From the NCBI GenBank assembly GCA_030608565.1, contig JAUWDY010000001.1, positions 15,457-79,456 on the forward strand: a DNA stretch of 64,000 nucleotides, given 5' to 3'. The stretch's first letter is position 1. Every line of letters begins with the position of its first letter. The DNA comes from Candidatus Bathyarchaeota archaeon. Its GTDB lineage: Archaea; Thermoproteota; Bathyarchaeia; Bathyarchaeales; Bathyarchaeaceae. The position numbers and the translations under genes are program-made. Below, in pieces: positions 25,971-36,689 of the stretch. The notes under the pieces are model-generated. The model worked only from the letters and a program-made list of their open reading frames with translations, did no database searches and had not been told where the DNA came from.

Positions 25971-27560
25971 TTACTTCAAGGTTTTAGACATGTAAGGCCC
26001 ATCATAACCATAACCAAACCGCATATAATACCGCTTCGTCCCAACCGCACTAATAACAACAACCTTCCTACAACCATAATCCTCCCGTGATATCCGTTCA
26101 GCCTCAGACAACAAAGCCTCACCGTAGCCTTTATGCTGCCAAGCCTCAGCCACATGCGCTCCAACAGGAACCAAAGGACCATAAACATGAAGCGCCCGAA
26201 CAATCGAAACATCTCCACCACAGATTTCAGACCTATGCGCACATTCAGACGGAATACGCAACCTAAGATAACCAACAAGAACATCGTTAACAGGATCCTC
26301 AAACGAAATAAAAACCTCTTCTCCCCCTGAAGCCTTCTCCTTAATTGTTAACAATCGAACATTATCTAGGTCAGGCTTCACCTTATCCATTAACCAACGA
26401 TGCCCCACCTCACGACAACGCATACACCGACAACGCATCCCCTCAGCCCTAAGCTTCTGTTGAACTAACTGCCGAAGATTACTTCGATTCACCCCAGCCT
26501 CAATAAGAAAAGCCGGAATATCCCTCTGAACCCGCATTATCCGAATCCAAGAAGGAACCAACTTCTTCACCTCAAAAACAAGCTGAGCCGCCTCATCAGT
26601 AGTATATGGCACGTATTCTCCTCTCTTCCACCAATCATAAGCCCTAGTCCCCTTGAGAACGAGACAAGGATAAATCTTAATCATATCCGGCTTAAAATCA
26701 GAATTCACGAATATTTCTTGAAAAGCCTCCAAATCACGCGCATAACTTGAACCCGGCAAACCCGGCATAAGATGATAAACCACCTTCAACCCCGCATCTT
26801 TCAATACACGAGTAGCTTCAACAACATCTTGAACACTGTGCCCCCGATCAACCAACTCATAAACATCATCATACACGTTTTGGACACCCAATTCCACACG
26901 AGTCACACCCATAGACAACATGTGATCAACATGAGTTTCTTTAGCCCAGTCAGGACGAGTCTCCACCGTAATCCCAACATTACGAATTCGACTCGTCTCC
27001 GCCAGTTTCTTAGCCTCATCCAAAGACCTAGATCTCTCTTTAGTAACTGCATCCAAACATCCTTGAATAAAACGCTCTTGATAATCCACAGGCATGCTAG
27101 GAAAAGTTCCACCCATAATTATAAGCTCCACTTTATCAACCGTATGCCCAATTGCCTCCAATTGCCCAATACGGTGACTCACTTGCCTATGAGGGCTAAA
27201 CTCATTCTGTATCCCCCTCATCGCAGCAGGCTCATACCCAGTATAGCTCTGAGGAGCCCCATAAGGAGGACCCCCAGGACAGTAAGCACATGGAACCGTT
27301 TTGGGACAAGGCCAAGGTTTAGTCATCACAGCAACGATTGTAATCCCGGAAATGGTACGGGTAATTTTTCTGCGAAGTAAAGGCAATAGCTTAGTTTTTT
27401 CATCTGGTCTGAGGCGACTTATCAGTTCCGAGCTAGAGGGAACCCGTTTCAATTTATACTGGCCAGCAACTTTCATCTTGACCAGATTGACATCTTCTTT
27501 TGAGGCACTTGGAAGCTTCATCAAACGTTCAATGATTTCTCTGCAAACTTCGTTACTCAA
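25971..27560 (-). CDS. elp3: Elp3-type tRNA uridine(34) modification enzyme (radical SAM + GNAT)
   Basis: 529 aa. It has the Cys cluster CPKTVPCAYCPGG, a radical-SAM core, and a C-terminal GNAT domain (WQHKGYGEALLSEAE). Confidence 0.9.
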   Translation of the reverse strand: MSNEVCREIIERLMKLPSASKEDVNLVKMKVAGQYKLKRVPSSSELISRLRPDEKTKLLPLLRRKITRTISGITIVAVMTKPWPCPKTVPCAYCPGGPPYGAPQSYTGYEPAAMRGIQNEFSPHRQVSHRIGQLEAIGHTVDKVELIIMGGTFPSMPVDYQERFIQGCLDAVTKERSRSLDEAKKLAETSRIRNVGITVETRPDWAKETHVDHMLSMGVTRVELGVQNVYDDVYELVDRGHSVQDVVEATRVLKDAGLKVVYHLMPGLPGSSYARDLEAFQEIFVNSDFKPDMIKIYPCLVLKGTRAYDWWKRGEYVPYTTDEAAQLVFEVKKLVPSWIRIMRVQRDIPAFLIEAGVNRSNLRQLVQQKLRAEGMRCRCMRCREVGHRWLMDKVKPDLDNVRLLTIKEKASGGEEVFISFEDPVNDVLVGYLRLRIPSECAHRSEICGGDVSIVRALHVYGPLVPVGAHVAEAWQHKGYGEALLSEAERISREDYGCRKVVVISAVGTKRYYMRFGYGYDGPYMSKTLK

Positions 27561-27832
27561 GTGAATTCATCTACAAACATGCATTACGCGCTTTTAGATA
27601 AACCTACAGCATACCAACTGAAAATTATGCGCCAGATCTATCAACTCAAAATCGAAATATTAAAAAATCGATTTCTAAACAAAAAAGGGAAAAGAAACAA
27701 ACACTAAGAGGCCGCTACCGCACCTTGACACCCTCAAGAAAATAAGCCAAACCTATTTGCCAATCATTTGAACCTTACAGTAGATCGGTGTAGAAATTGG
27801 CACACACATGCGCTCAAACCGAAGGAGTGCCG

Positions 27833-28944
27833 CTATTCAAAGTTTTCAAGCTGATCTAAACCCAAATCTACTGGGAGAGGTTTCTCCGGCTCCGCACAAG
27901 GATCAATATTAAACAGACTTGGCGCTATAGTTCCAAACCCACTAGGCAAACGCGACGAATGCACACCCGTCATCACAAGCGTCACCTTCAAAATCCCAGC
28001 CAAACTCGGATTCACTCGGGCACCCCAAATAACAGTAGCATTGCTCTTCATCATCTCCGTAATAATTTCCCCAACCCTATTCGCTTCTTCAACAGTCATC
28101 TGATCATCACCACAAATATGAATCAGCGCCCCCGAAGCCCCCGCATAATCAATATCAAACAGAGGACTCCTCAAAGCATTACGAACAGCCTCTTCCGCCC
28201 TGCCTGGAGCATCCGACTCACCAACCCCAACAACCGCCAACCCACCCTCTCTCACAACAGTTTTGAAATCTGCAAAGTCCAAATTAATCAAACTCGGCGC
28301 CGAAATAGTTTCCACAATTCCTTTAATCAAGTTCGCCAACACTTGATCTGCAATCTTAAACGTCTCATTCAACGGAAGCTGACCCGCAAACTCCATTAGC
28401 TTATTGTTATCAATCACAACCACAGTATCACATTCCCTCCGCATCTCAGTCAACCCTTGAGCCGCACATTCAATTCTACCCTTCTCAATTCTAAAAGGCA
28501 GGGTAACAACCCCTATCACAATCGCCCCGTTACGCCGAGCAATCTTCGCCACCATCGGAGCTGCACCAGTTCCAGTCCCACCGCCCAAACCAGTTGCGAC
28601 GAACGCTACATCAACATCTCTGAGAATCTCCTCCACCCGCTTCTCTGACTCCTCAACCGCAGCTCTGCCAACCTCTGGATCTCCTCCAGCTCCGAAACCT
28701 CGAGTCACCTCTTCTCCAATCAGTATTTTATGGGCGGCACGCGCCGTGTTGAGGTGCTGTAAGTCCGTGTTAATGGCTATGCACTCTGCACCCTTCACGT
28801 TCATCTCCATTAGCCGAGTAACTGTGTTATTCCCTGCGCCTCCCACGCCCACAACCACGATACGGCAGTGGCCTGGTTTACGGTTCTCCTGGACTGTGTT
28901 TTGCCAAGTTAACTGCAAAGCCTCACTGTTTGACCTAGCCATTT
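27833..28944 (-). CDS. ftsZ: cell division protein FtsZ
   Basis: VVGVGGAGNNTV and the tubulin signature GLGGGTGTGAAP. I prefer the start at MARSNSE (ATG 28942-28944), which overlaps the stop of the upstream RHH ORF (ATGGCTAG). Confidence 0.9.
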
Positions 28945-29081
28945 GGCTTTCTCCCCCATGCCTCAATGCTGAGAAGATCTCGAACCGCTACTCGGATAGC
29001 TTCAGCTCTGTTGGGATAAAATTTTTCTTGTACCAATTGATCTAACGCTCGGATGTAAGGCTCGGGGAGATATAATGTAAT
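28935..29081 (-). CDS. ribbon-helix-helix (CopG-like) small protein upstream of ftsZ
   Basis: My translation is ..(I)TLYLPEPYIRALDQLVQEKFYPNRAEAIRVAVRDLLSIEAWGRKPNG*. No ATG/GTG/TTG lies in frame before the beta-strand, so the listed 5' end is a candidate ATT. Confidence 0.5.
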   Translation of the reverse strand: MTLYLPEPYIRALDQLVQEKFYPNRAEAIRVAVRDLLSIEAWGRKPNG

Positions 29082-29367
29082 TAATCTCGTCTCGTATCCC
29101 TCCTGTTCAGTAACGTCTGTGAAAACAAGAAAAGCTTCGTAGAGAGTTATATTGCTATGTGTTAAGAAGTAAATATATTTCGATCATGCAAAGGTATGTC
29201 CTTATAAAGCTTTCTCACGACCTTCTTTTAGTCCGCTGCGTTTTTATGTGAAAATGGCGGCGATTTTTCGGAATGTTTTTTATACTTTTCTTATATGACT
29301 AAAATAACGTCTTATGTGTAGGTTACTATGTTTTGAAGCGTCGTTATAGTGGAGTGGAAAGAAGCTG

Positions 29368-30657
29368 ATGACTAGAAGGGGCAAACGAGTTTATGTTAAG
29401 AGTTTTGGTTGTCCGGTAAATATTGCTGATGGGGAATGTATTGTTGGTTGTCTTTCGCAGGCTGGTTATGAAATTGTTGAAAACGTTGACGCTGCGGACA
29501 TTTTGATTTATAATACTTGTGCGGTGAAGTCTCCTACGGAAAATCGGATGATAGACGTTTTGAGAAGAGTTTCGGAAGATAAGCGGCTCATCATAACTGG
29601 TTGTTTGCCGTTGATAAATTTTGAGAGGTTGAAGGCTCAGGTCAAGTTTGATTGTGTGTTAGGACCAGCTCCTGGTTCTGGAATCGTTGAGGCTGTAGAT
29701 AATGTGAGTCGCGGACAAAAGGTTGTTATGTTGAAGTATGATTCGAAGCCGAGTCTTGATCTTCCCAAAACTCCTGTAAACGAAGCTGTTGGGATAGTGC
29801 CGATTAACTATGGTTGCTCGGGGTCGTGCTCTTATTGCTGTGTTCTCTTTGCGAGGGGACATTTGAGAAGTTATGCACCAAGTGAGATAGCTAGAAGGGT
29901 GCAACGCGATCTTGCTTCCGGCGTTAATGAGATATGGCTGACTTCCCAAGACACAGCGTGTTATGGAAGAGACTTTGCAACTAGTCTCGCGGATTTGCTT
30001 AGCGAAGTTTGTAAAATCAAAGAGAAGTTTTTTATTCGTGTTGGGATGATGACGCCGAATTATGCGCTGGAATTGTTGGATGGTTTGATTGATGCTTATA
30101 GGGATGAGAAGGTTTTCAAGTTTTTGCATTTGCCTGTTCAGAGTGGAGACGACGAGGTTTTGAGGCTTATGAATCGTTTCTATTCTGTGGAGGACTTTAA
30201 GAAGGTTATTTACACCTTCAGGAAAAAGTTTCCCAAGATAACGGTGGCTACTGATGTTATCTGCGGCTTTCCGGGTGAAAGTCGAGATGCTTTTGAGCAT
30301 ACAGTGCAACTTGTTGAGGAGGTTCAGCCTGATATTGTTAATATCTCAAAGTTTTTCCCGAGACCCCGTACGCCTGCTGCAAAAATGAAGCAGCATCCAC
30401 CTGAGGAAGTAAAAGCGAGAAGTAGAAGGATGGCTGAGGTGGCGAGAAGAGTTTCGTTTAAGAAAAACGAAACTTGGATGGGTTGGGAAGGACAAATACT
30501 TATTGACGAAAAAGGGAAGAAACCAGCATCGTGGGTTGGGAGGAATTGTGCTTACAAGCCCATTGTGGTGAGACGCGGTGATTTTTTGCTTGGGAGGTTT
30601 GTGGATGTTAGGGTGGTTAAAGTTTTTCCGACTTATTTGGAAGCTGAGGTCATTTGA
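29368..30657 (+). CDS. archaeal MiaB-like / MtaB-type tRNA methylthiotransferase (radical SAM)
   Basis: 429 aa. It has a UPF0004 N-domain (FGCPVN..NTCAV), a radical-SAM CSGSCSYC motif and a C-terminal TRAM-like domain. Confidence 0.85.
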   Translation: MTRRGKRVYVKSFGCPVNIADGECIVGCLSQAGYEIVENVDAADILIYNTCAVKSPTENRMIDVLRRVSEDKRLIITGCLPLINFERLKAQVKFDCVLGPAPGSGIVEAVDNVSRGQKVVMLKYDSKPSLDLPKTPVNEAVGIVPINYGCSGSCSYCCVLFARGHLRSYAPSEIARRVQRDLASGVNEIWLTSQDTACYGRDFATSLADLLSEVCKIKEKFFIRVGMMTPNYALELLDGLIDAYRDEKVFKFLHLPVQSGDDEVLRLMNRFYSVEDFKKVIYTFRKKFPKITVATDVICGFPGESRDAFEHTVQLVEEVQPDIVNISKFFPRPRTPAAKMKQHPPEEVKARSRRMAEVARRVSFKKNETWMGWEGQILIDEKGKKPASWVGRNCAYKPIVVRRGDFLLGRFVDVRVVKVFPTYLEAEVI

Positions 30658-31022
30658 TATGGTGTTCGTATGCGAAAGGTCTAGGTATAGAGGGAAAAGA
30701 GAGATAGAGACGGATATACCTGGGTCTAGAAGAGTAGTCGTGTGGATATGTAACAGTTTCTATCCCGGTCTACCGTCGTCATACATGGCATAGAAGAAAC
30801 CAGCTCTCCAGTTTACGTCAACGTGGAAACACCGGAGCAACACAGCTAGCGGTACACTAGCATCAGGGTAATAGAGGTTCTCATAACGACTGCGATAACT
30901 GCAATGGCAATTTACAGCAAAAGAATGAAAAGTGAGAAGTAACGCAGCACATCAAACTACTTTTGGTATTATTATATCAAGTCAACCGGTATTAACGAAT
31001 GGACAGAAATCTCCTGACATCT

Positions 31023-32546
31023 CTACCTTCTTGACCTTTTCAGATACATCTTCCAACTCAAAGCCATATTCTTGGGATGCGAAGCCTTAACCTCGTCCAA
31101 ACGAGTTACCGCCGCATTCTTCGGAGCTTCCAAAACAAAATCAGGAGTTGAATACGCCTCATCCGATATCTTTCTCATCACCTCAACAAACCTGTCCAAC
31201 TCCTCCTTCTCAAAAGATTCAGTCGGCTCAATCATCAACGCCTCATCAACTATAAGTGGGAAGTATATTGTCGGCGCGTGCATGCCATAGTCCAAAATCC
31301 TCTTAGAAACGTTAAACGCACGTACCCCAGTCTCTTTATACAGTTTCTTGGCACTAATAACACACTCATGTTTTCTCAGTCGTCCCTGAGCATAAGGAAG
31401 CTCAAAACCACGAATCTTCTCCAGCTTCTTCATAACATAATTAGCATTCAACACAGAAACCTCCGCCACTTCTTCAAGCCCCTCCGCGCCTAAACTAAGA
31501 ATGTAAGCGAACGCCTTCAACAGAACCCCAACGTTTCCATAGAAGCCTCTGATTCTACCAACGCTGTGTGGCTTGCCATAGTCTAGACGATACTGTTTAC
31601 CATCGGACACTATTCTCGGAACTGGCAAAAACTTTTCGAGTTCTTCGGACACTCCGATAGGACCTGCTCCCGGACCTCCACCACCATGAGGAGTTCCAAA
31701 GGTTTTGTGTATATTCATGTGCACGATGTCGAACCCCATGTCTCCAGGCCTCACTTTCCCAAGAATGGCATTAAGATTCGCACCGTCATAATACAGCAGT
31801 CCGCCAGCCTCATGAACAATCTTCGCGATTTCTTCAATGTTTTTCTCGAAAATCCCCAGTGTATTCGGGTTTGTCAACATCAATCCTGCTGTACGTTCTG
31901 AAACAGCGGCTCTTAACGCTTCAAGATCGACACAACCATCTTCATCGGAAGGAACGACCACAACCTTGAACCCTCCCATAGCTCCACTCGCAGGATTAGT
32001 GCCATGCGCCGAATCAGGCACAATAAGTTCAGTTCTCTTTCCAAGCTCATCGTTCAATTTGTGATAAGCCCGCATGATCAACGTACCCAAGAATTCTCCG
32101 TGAGCCCCAGCTGCCGGCTGCAAACTCACTTCGTGTGTGCCAGTAATCTCCGCCAGCCATCTAGAGAGCCGATACATGATTTCAAGTATGCCCTGAACCG
32201 TTCGTTCATCTTGATATGGATGAATCAAGGTTATAGAAGGCAATTTAGCGAGGACTTCATCGATTTTCGGGTTATATTTCATAGTGCAGCTTCCAAGCGG
32301 ATAAAAGCCCGAGTCAACACCAAAATTCATCTGAGACAAACGAACGTAGTGCCTCACCACTTCAACCTCTGAAAGCTCCGGCAACCTTGGAAGCGTTTTC
32401 CTTCGCAACTTCTCCGGCAAAAATGCCTTTGTGTCTCCGACTACGCGCTGAATTTCTTTCTTAACTTTCGGTATGGTGCAACCTCTTCTTCCAGAGCGCC
32501 CCAACTCGAAGATCATTCGTTCATTCCAACGTGCTTGCCTAAACAT
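31023..32546 (-). CDS. gcvPB: glycine dehydrogenase (decarboxylating) subunit 2
   Basis: 507 aa. It has the PLP-lysine region HMNIHKTFGTPHGGGGPG. Its start abuts the gcvPA stop. Confidence 0.9.
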   Translation of the reverse strand: MFRQARWNERMIFELGRSGRRGCTIPKVKKEIQRVVGDTKAFLPEKLRRKTLPRLPELSEVEVVRHYVRLSQMNFGVDSGFYPLGSCTMKYNPKIDEVLAKLPSITLIHPYQDERTVQGILEIMYRLSRWLAEITGTHEVSLQPAAGAHGEFLGTLIMRAYHKLNDELGKRTELIVPDSAHGTNPASGAMGGFKVVVVPSDEDGCVDLEALRAAVSERTAGLMLTNPNTLGIFEKNIEEIAKIVHEAGGLLYYDGANLNAILGKVRPGDMGFDIVHMNIHKTFGTPHGGGGPGAGPIGVSEELEKFLPVPRIVSDGKQYRLDYGKPHSVGRIRGFYGNVGVLLKAFAYILSLGAEGLEEVAEVSVLNANYVMKKLEKIRGFELPYAQGRLRKHECVISAKKLYKETGVRAFNVSKRILDYGMHAPTIYFPLIVDEALMIEPTESFEKEELDRFVEVMRKISDEAYSTPDFVLEAPKNAAVTRLDEVKASHPKNMALSWKMYLKRSRR

Positions 32547-33950
32547 TTACGATTTCTCCTCCAAAATTGCCTCTAAAGCCCAAGCGAGGCGATCAATATC
32601 CTCTTTCGAATGCATTTCAGTGACACAGTACAACGCGGTTTCACCCAACTCGGGAAGCTCCTTCGCAATGTTTTTTCCTCCGTGAACCTGATGTTGCAAA
32701 AGCCTTTCATGTACGTCGCGCGCAGTTTTCCCCGTTTGATCAAAATTCACTGTAAATTCTTTGAAGTGCGCAGACTTGAACATAGGTGTTGTGATTCCAT
32801 CTATTTTCGCCAGAAGCTGCATCGCGTAACGTGCTTTGCACAGGATTGCTTCACCTAACTCTCTCATGCCCCTGGGGCCAAGTAAGGCTAGGTAAACTGC
32901 AGAGGCAACCGCACATAAAGATTCATTAGAGCAGATGTTGGATGTAGCCTTCTCTCTTCTAATATGTTGCTCCCTGGTTTGTAGAGCCATACAAAATCCT
33001 CTTTTCTTTCCATCAACAGTGTTCGTCATACCAACTGTGCGACCGGGCAATTGTCGGATTAGTCGCATGTCGTCCCGACAAGCAAATATACCAAGTAACG
33101 GTCCGCCATAGTTCATGGGATTTCCAAGCGGTTGGCCCTCACCGACCACAATGTCCGCGCCGTATTCACCTGGTGGTTTCAATACGCCAAGCGAGATGGG
33201 GTCAACCCCAACTATGAACAATGCCCCGTGGTCGTGTACTATTTCAGCGATGTCTTCAGCTTGCGTTTAAATAAAACCAAGGTATGCTGGGTTCTCGACA
33301 TACACGGAGGCGGTTTTTTCTGAAATCTTTGTTTTCAAGTCTTCAACATCAAGTTGTCCAGTTTCTGATTCATAGCCGACAGACTTGATACGCATTCCTA
33401 TAGGCTCGGTGTACGTTTTCAGTGTCGCTTTTCTTTCTGGATGAATAATTTTGGGAACGAGGGCTTCGGTTCGATGGGTTAGTCGAGCGGTCATACGTAC
33501 AGCTTCACCGAGAGCGGATGCCCAATCATACATAGAGCAGTTGGCCACCTCCATCGCTGTGATTTCGCAGATCATGCTTTGATACTCGAAAAGTGCTTGC
33601 AACATTCCTTGGGAAACTTCCGGTTGATATGGAGTGTAGGATGTGAAGAGTTCTGTTCGTTGAATAGTGGTTTCAACGGCGGCGGGCACGTAGTGAGGCC
33701 AGCAACCAGCTCCTAGAAAGATAGGCATGTCTTGGAAAGTCTTGTTTTTGGATAGGATGGTTTCAACAAGTCTTTTAACTTCCTGTTCTGACGTTGGGCT
33801 AGGGAGGTCAAGTCTTCTTTTTAACTTGAACCTCTGAGGAACATCCGCGTAAAGTTCTTCTATGCTCTGGATTCCAATCCTCCTCATCATTTCCTCTTTT
33901 ATTTTTGGAATAGAGTTTGGAATGTAAGGGTGAGTAAAGGATTTAGCCAT
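32547..33950 (-). pseudogene. gcvPA: glycine dehydrogenase subunit 1 (GcvPA) interrupted by an in-frame TAA at 33267-33269
   Basis: ORFs 33267..33950 and 32547..33221 are in the same frame (both end coordinates are 2 mod 3). Reading through the stop gives ..NPAYLGFI*TQAEDIAEIVHDHGALFIVGVDP.., a continuous GcvPA. Confidence 0.7.
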
Positions 33951-34214
33951 GTTTTTTCACCGCTGAAAGTTAAGACTATTTCTAAGTCGTTTTCTTTAAG
34001 CTTTGTTAAAACGCTGGCAGACTAGAATGACCAGAGACCATCGAGCTTGTAGTTTTCCATCATTTTAAGCACTCATGCTATACCAAACTAAGACTATCAA
34101 ACATCTAGTAAGAGTCACCAAATTTTACCGCTTTGCTTAAGTACTAAGAATAGAAACTCCTAAAAGGAATCAATCAATTGCTAACTTGACAAGTCTGTAT
34201 GGGATGTTGAACCA

Positions 34215-34625
34215 ATGAAGATGAATTACGAGGAGATGCTGAAGCGTGCGCGTTCGCAACTTCCACCTGAAATGCTTGAACACAAACGATTCGATATTCC
34301 TAAACCTCGCTGCCATGTTATTGGCATGCGAACAATTTTTCGAAACTACAAAGAAATATGTGATACCCTAAACAGAGACCCACACCATTTGCTAAAGTTT
34401 CTTTCCAGAGAGATGGCCACCGCTGGAACCACAGATAGGTCACGACTGGTTTTCCAAGGGAGATTTAGATATGACACCTTTGAGCGACTCATCAAGAGAT
34501 ACGTTGACGAATTCGTTATATGCCCAGTGTGTAAACGACCAGATACGAAAATAATTAAAGAGAAACGGCTCTATTTCTTAATATGTGAGGCATGCGGAGC
34601 AAAGTCATCTATAAGACCAGTATAA
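34215..34625 (+). CDS. translation initiation factor aIF-2 subunit beta
   Basis: 136 aa. The C-terminal zinc ribbon is CPVCKRPDT...CEACGA. Confidence 0.9.
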   Translation: MKMNYEEMLKRARSQLPPEMLEHKRFDIPKPRCHVIGMRTIFRNYKEICDTLNRDPHHLLKFLSREMATAGTTDRSRLVFQGRFRYDTFERLIKRYVDEFVICPVCKRPDTKIIKEKRLYFLICEACGAKSSIRPV

Positions 34626-34626
34626 A

Positions 34627-34932
34627 GTGCTCAGATTGGAAGTCTACGTGAACGTGCAGAGACGCGGGCAATATACGCTTCTGGCTACATGCGACATCGA
34701 ACTGCTAGGAAAAATCCTAAACGACGGAAAAGTTGTCTTCGAGGTACGAAAAGAGTTTTACATGGGACCAAAAATGAGTGTAGAGGAAGCTGTCGACCTC
34801 ATGAGACAATCCACTATGGTGAACATGATTGGACGAAATATCGTTAAGAAAGCAATAGAAAATGGCTTGATTCATCCAGAGGCGGTTTTAGAGATCTCAG
34901 GCATCCCACACGCACAGATTATTAAAATATGA
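34627..34932 (+). CDS. DUF424-family archaeal protein
   Basis: 101 aa, in the conserved position directly after aIF-2beta. It contains LATCDIELLGK. Confidence 0.6.
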   Translation: MLRLEVYVNVQRRGQYTLLATCDIELLGKILNDGKVVFEVRKEFYMGPKMSVEEAVDLMRQSTMVNMIGRNIVKKAIENGLIHPEAVLEISGIPHAQIIKI

Positions 34933-34997
34933 TAAATGTCCTCTTAACCTATTTAAGCAACGTTCCTCTCCTTTTTTAAAGAAGTCTTTGAGGTAGC

Positions 34998-35306
34998 TTG
35001 TTGGGAAAAAAGAAAATTATCAGCGAAGAAGAAATCAAAGATATGGTGCTTCCAGTCGCGAACGATATGCTCGACATAGCTACGCGACTGTTAGGTTTTG
35101 ACAGAGTTTTGATGAAATGTCAAGATGGTCATGAACGACTCTGTAGACTTCGCGGTAAAATGAAGAGGAGAGTTTGGATAAGAATAGGGGGCGTAGTCCT
35201 CGTTTCTCCGTGGGATTTCCAATCTCACAAACGTGGTGACGTTATTTGGCGTTACAAAAAATCTCAGGCTGAATGGCTTCGAAAGAACGGATATCTTTCT
35301 ATTTAA
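34998..35306 (+). CDS. translation initiation factor aIF-1A
   Basis: 102 aa with an S1-like OB fold: CRLRGKMKRRVWIRIGGVVLVSPWDFQ..KGDVIWRY. Confidence 0.9.
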   Translation: MLGKKKIISEEEIKDMVLPVANDMLDIATRLLGFDRVLMKCQDGHERLCRLRGKMKRRVWIRIGGVVLVSPWDFQSHKRGDVIWRYKKSQAEWLRKNGYLSI

Positions 35307-36115
35307 TGAGGAGGGCTACAGTGTCTTTTCGAAGAAAAGTGGATAAGAAGATACTGCGCAAGGAGAAGATGTATGAAATCAAGAGGTTGATGAGAGAAAA
35401 AAGGAGCGAGGAACTCGAGGTTTTGGAAGAAGTTTTTGACCGCTCTACGCTCATGACCATCTACGACTTTCTAAACAAGGGAACAATCGACGAGATACAT
35501 GGTGTTGTGAAAGCTGGAAAGGAAGCTCGAATCTATTGGGGAAAAGATTCGGATGGAGAAGAACTCGCGATCAAAATCTACCTAACCATTTCATCTGAGT
35601 TCAAGAAGGGCATGCTTCCCTACATCGATGGTGACCCACGCTTCGCCCATGTTCGGAGAAACTCGCGGGCCCTCGTCTACGCTTGGGCTCGGAAAGAATT
35701 CAAAAACTTGCGGTGTGTGCGCGAGGCTGGAGTCAAGGCTCCTAAACCCATCGCTGTCAGCAAAAATGTGCTCATCATGGAGTTTATCGGGAAAAACGGG
35801 GTCGGCGCTCCTGTCATGAAGGAAGTCCCTCCACAGAGTCCAGAACGAGTTTACCGACGGCTACTAGCCTACGTAAAGAAAATGTATCATAAGGCTGAAC
35901 TGGTGCACGCAGACCTAAGCGAATACAACGTTATGATGTGGAAGAACAAGCCTGTTCTGTTCGATGTTTCACAAGCGGTGTCCCGCAAACATCCCATGGC
36001 TCACCAATTTCTGCGAAGAGACTTAGAAAACCTCTATCGATACTTCAAAAAACTGGGTGTAGATGTACTATCCGTAGATGAAATGTACAGGAGGGTTTTG
36101 GGTGGCAAGCGCTAG
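35273..36115 (+). CDS. rio1: RIO-type serine protein kinase (Rio1)
   Basis: GKEARIYWG, LVHADLSEYNVM and FDVSQAV. The start may lie at an internal Met. Confidence 0.85.
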   Translation: MASKERISFYLMRRATVSFRRKVDKKILRKEKMYEIKRLMREKRSEELEVLEEVFDRSTLMTIYDFLNKGTIDEIHGVVKAGKEARIYWGKDSDGEELAIKIYLTISSEFKKGMLPYIDGDPRFAHVRRNSRALVYAWARKEFKNLRCVREAGVKAPKPIAVSKNVLIMEFIGKNGVGAPVMKEVPPQSPERVYRRLLAYVKKMYHKAELVHADLSEYNVMMWKNKPVLFDVSQAVSRKHPMAHQFLRRDLENLYRYFKKLGVDVLSVDEMYRRVLGGKR

Positions 36116-36689
36116 CACCTTCTTGAAAATTCCGCGAGAACGCATCGGAGCACTTGTAGGTCCTAACGGTCGCGTGAAAGAAGTCATCGAGAAGAAGCTC
36201 TTGGTTGATCTTGAAGTTGACAGTGAAACAGGTGGCATCAAAATAGTACTAACGCCCACTGCACAAGACCCATCTCTTCTCTTCAGAGCCAAGGAAGTGA
36301 TTACCGCAATTGGCAGAGGCTTTTCACCGGAACGTGCGTTTAGGCTGATTGGAGACGATGAAGTCGTGTTGGAAGTCATTGATTTACGGGAGATTGTCGG
36401 CAAATCTCAGTCTGATATGAAGCGACTAAAAGGGAGAATTATTGGGAAGGAGGGAAAAACCCGAAGGATCATTGAGGAGTTGACTGAAGCTAGCGTTTCT
36501 GTGTTTGGGCACACTATTTCTATCATTGGGGACATGGAACAGGCTGAAGCGGCGAGGGAGGCGATTCAGATGTTCCTTAGGGGAAGCCAACATCGCACGG
36601 TGTACCGATTTCTACATAGAAAAAGAAGAGAACTGAAGAAAAAGAAGATGGAACTCTGGGAGCCGTCACATGAGAAATTAGAACCGTGA
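36078..36689 (+). CDS. KH-domain RNA-binding protein (Dim2/Pno1-like)
   Basis: Two KH GxxG loops (LVGPNGR, IIGKEGKTRR), in the conserved aIF-1A/Rio1/KH neighbourhood. Confidence 0.8.
   Translation: MKCTGGFWVASASTFLKIPRERIGALVGPNGRVKEVIEKKLLVDLEVDSETGGIKIVLTPTAQDPSLLFRAKEVITAIGRGFSPERAFRLIGDDEVVLEVIDLREIVGKSQSDMKRLKGRIIGKEGKTRRIIEELTEASVSVFGHTISIIGDMEQAEAAREAIQMFLRGSQHRTVYRFLHRKRRELKKKKMELWEPSHEKLEP

Noticed and set aside
26772-27380. 202-aa + strand ORF (and several others) inside the elp3 region
   Set aside because: It is antisense to a strongly supported Elp3 CDS. The composition is low-complexity and rich in H, N and R, typical of a shadow ORF.
27959-28399. 146-aa + strand ORF inside ftsZ
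   Set aside because: It is an antisense shadow of FtsZ with no protein-like motifs.
29659-30309. 216-aa minus-strand ORF inside the methylthiotransferase gene
   Set aside because: It is an antisense shadow ORF. The + strand product has clear radical-SAM motifs.
30658-31022. Annotating the gap as SRP (7S) RNA
   Set aside because: There is only a short GGAGCAAC-like match. I could not build the conserved helices, so I left it as an unverified candidate.
33267-33269. Selenocysteine or pyrrolysine recoding of the in-frame gcvPA stop
   Set aside because: The codon is TAA, not TGA or TAG. No SECIS or PYLIS-like context was evident.
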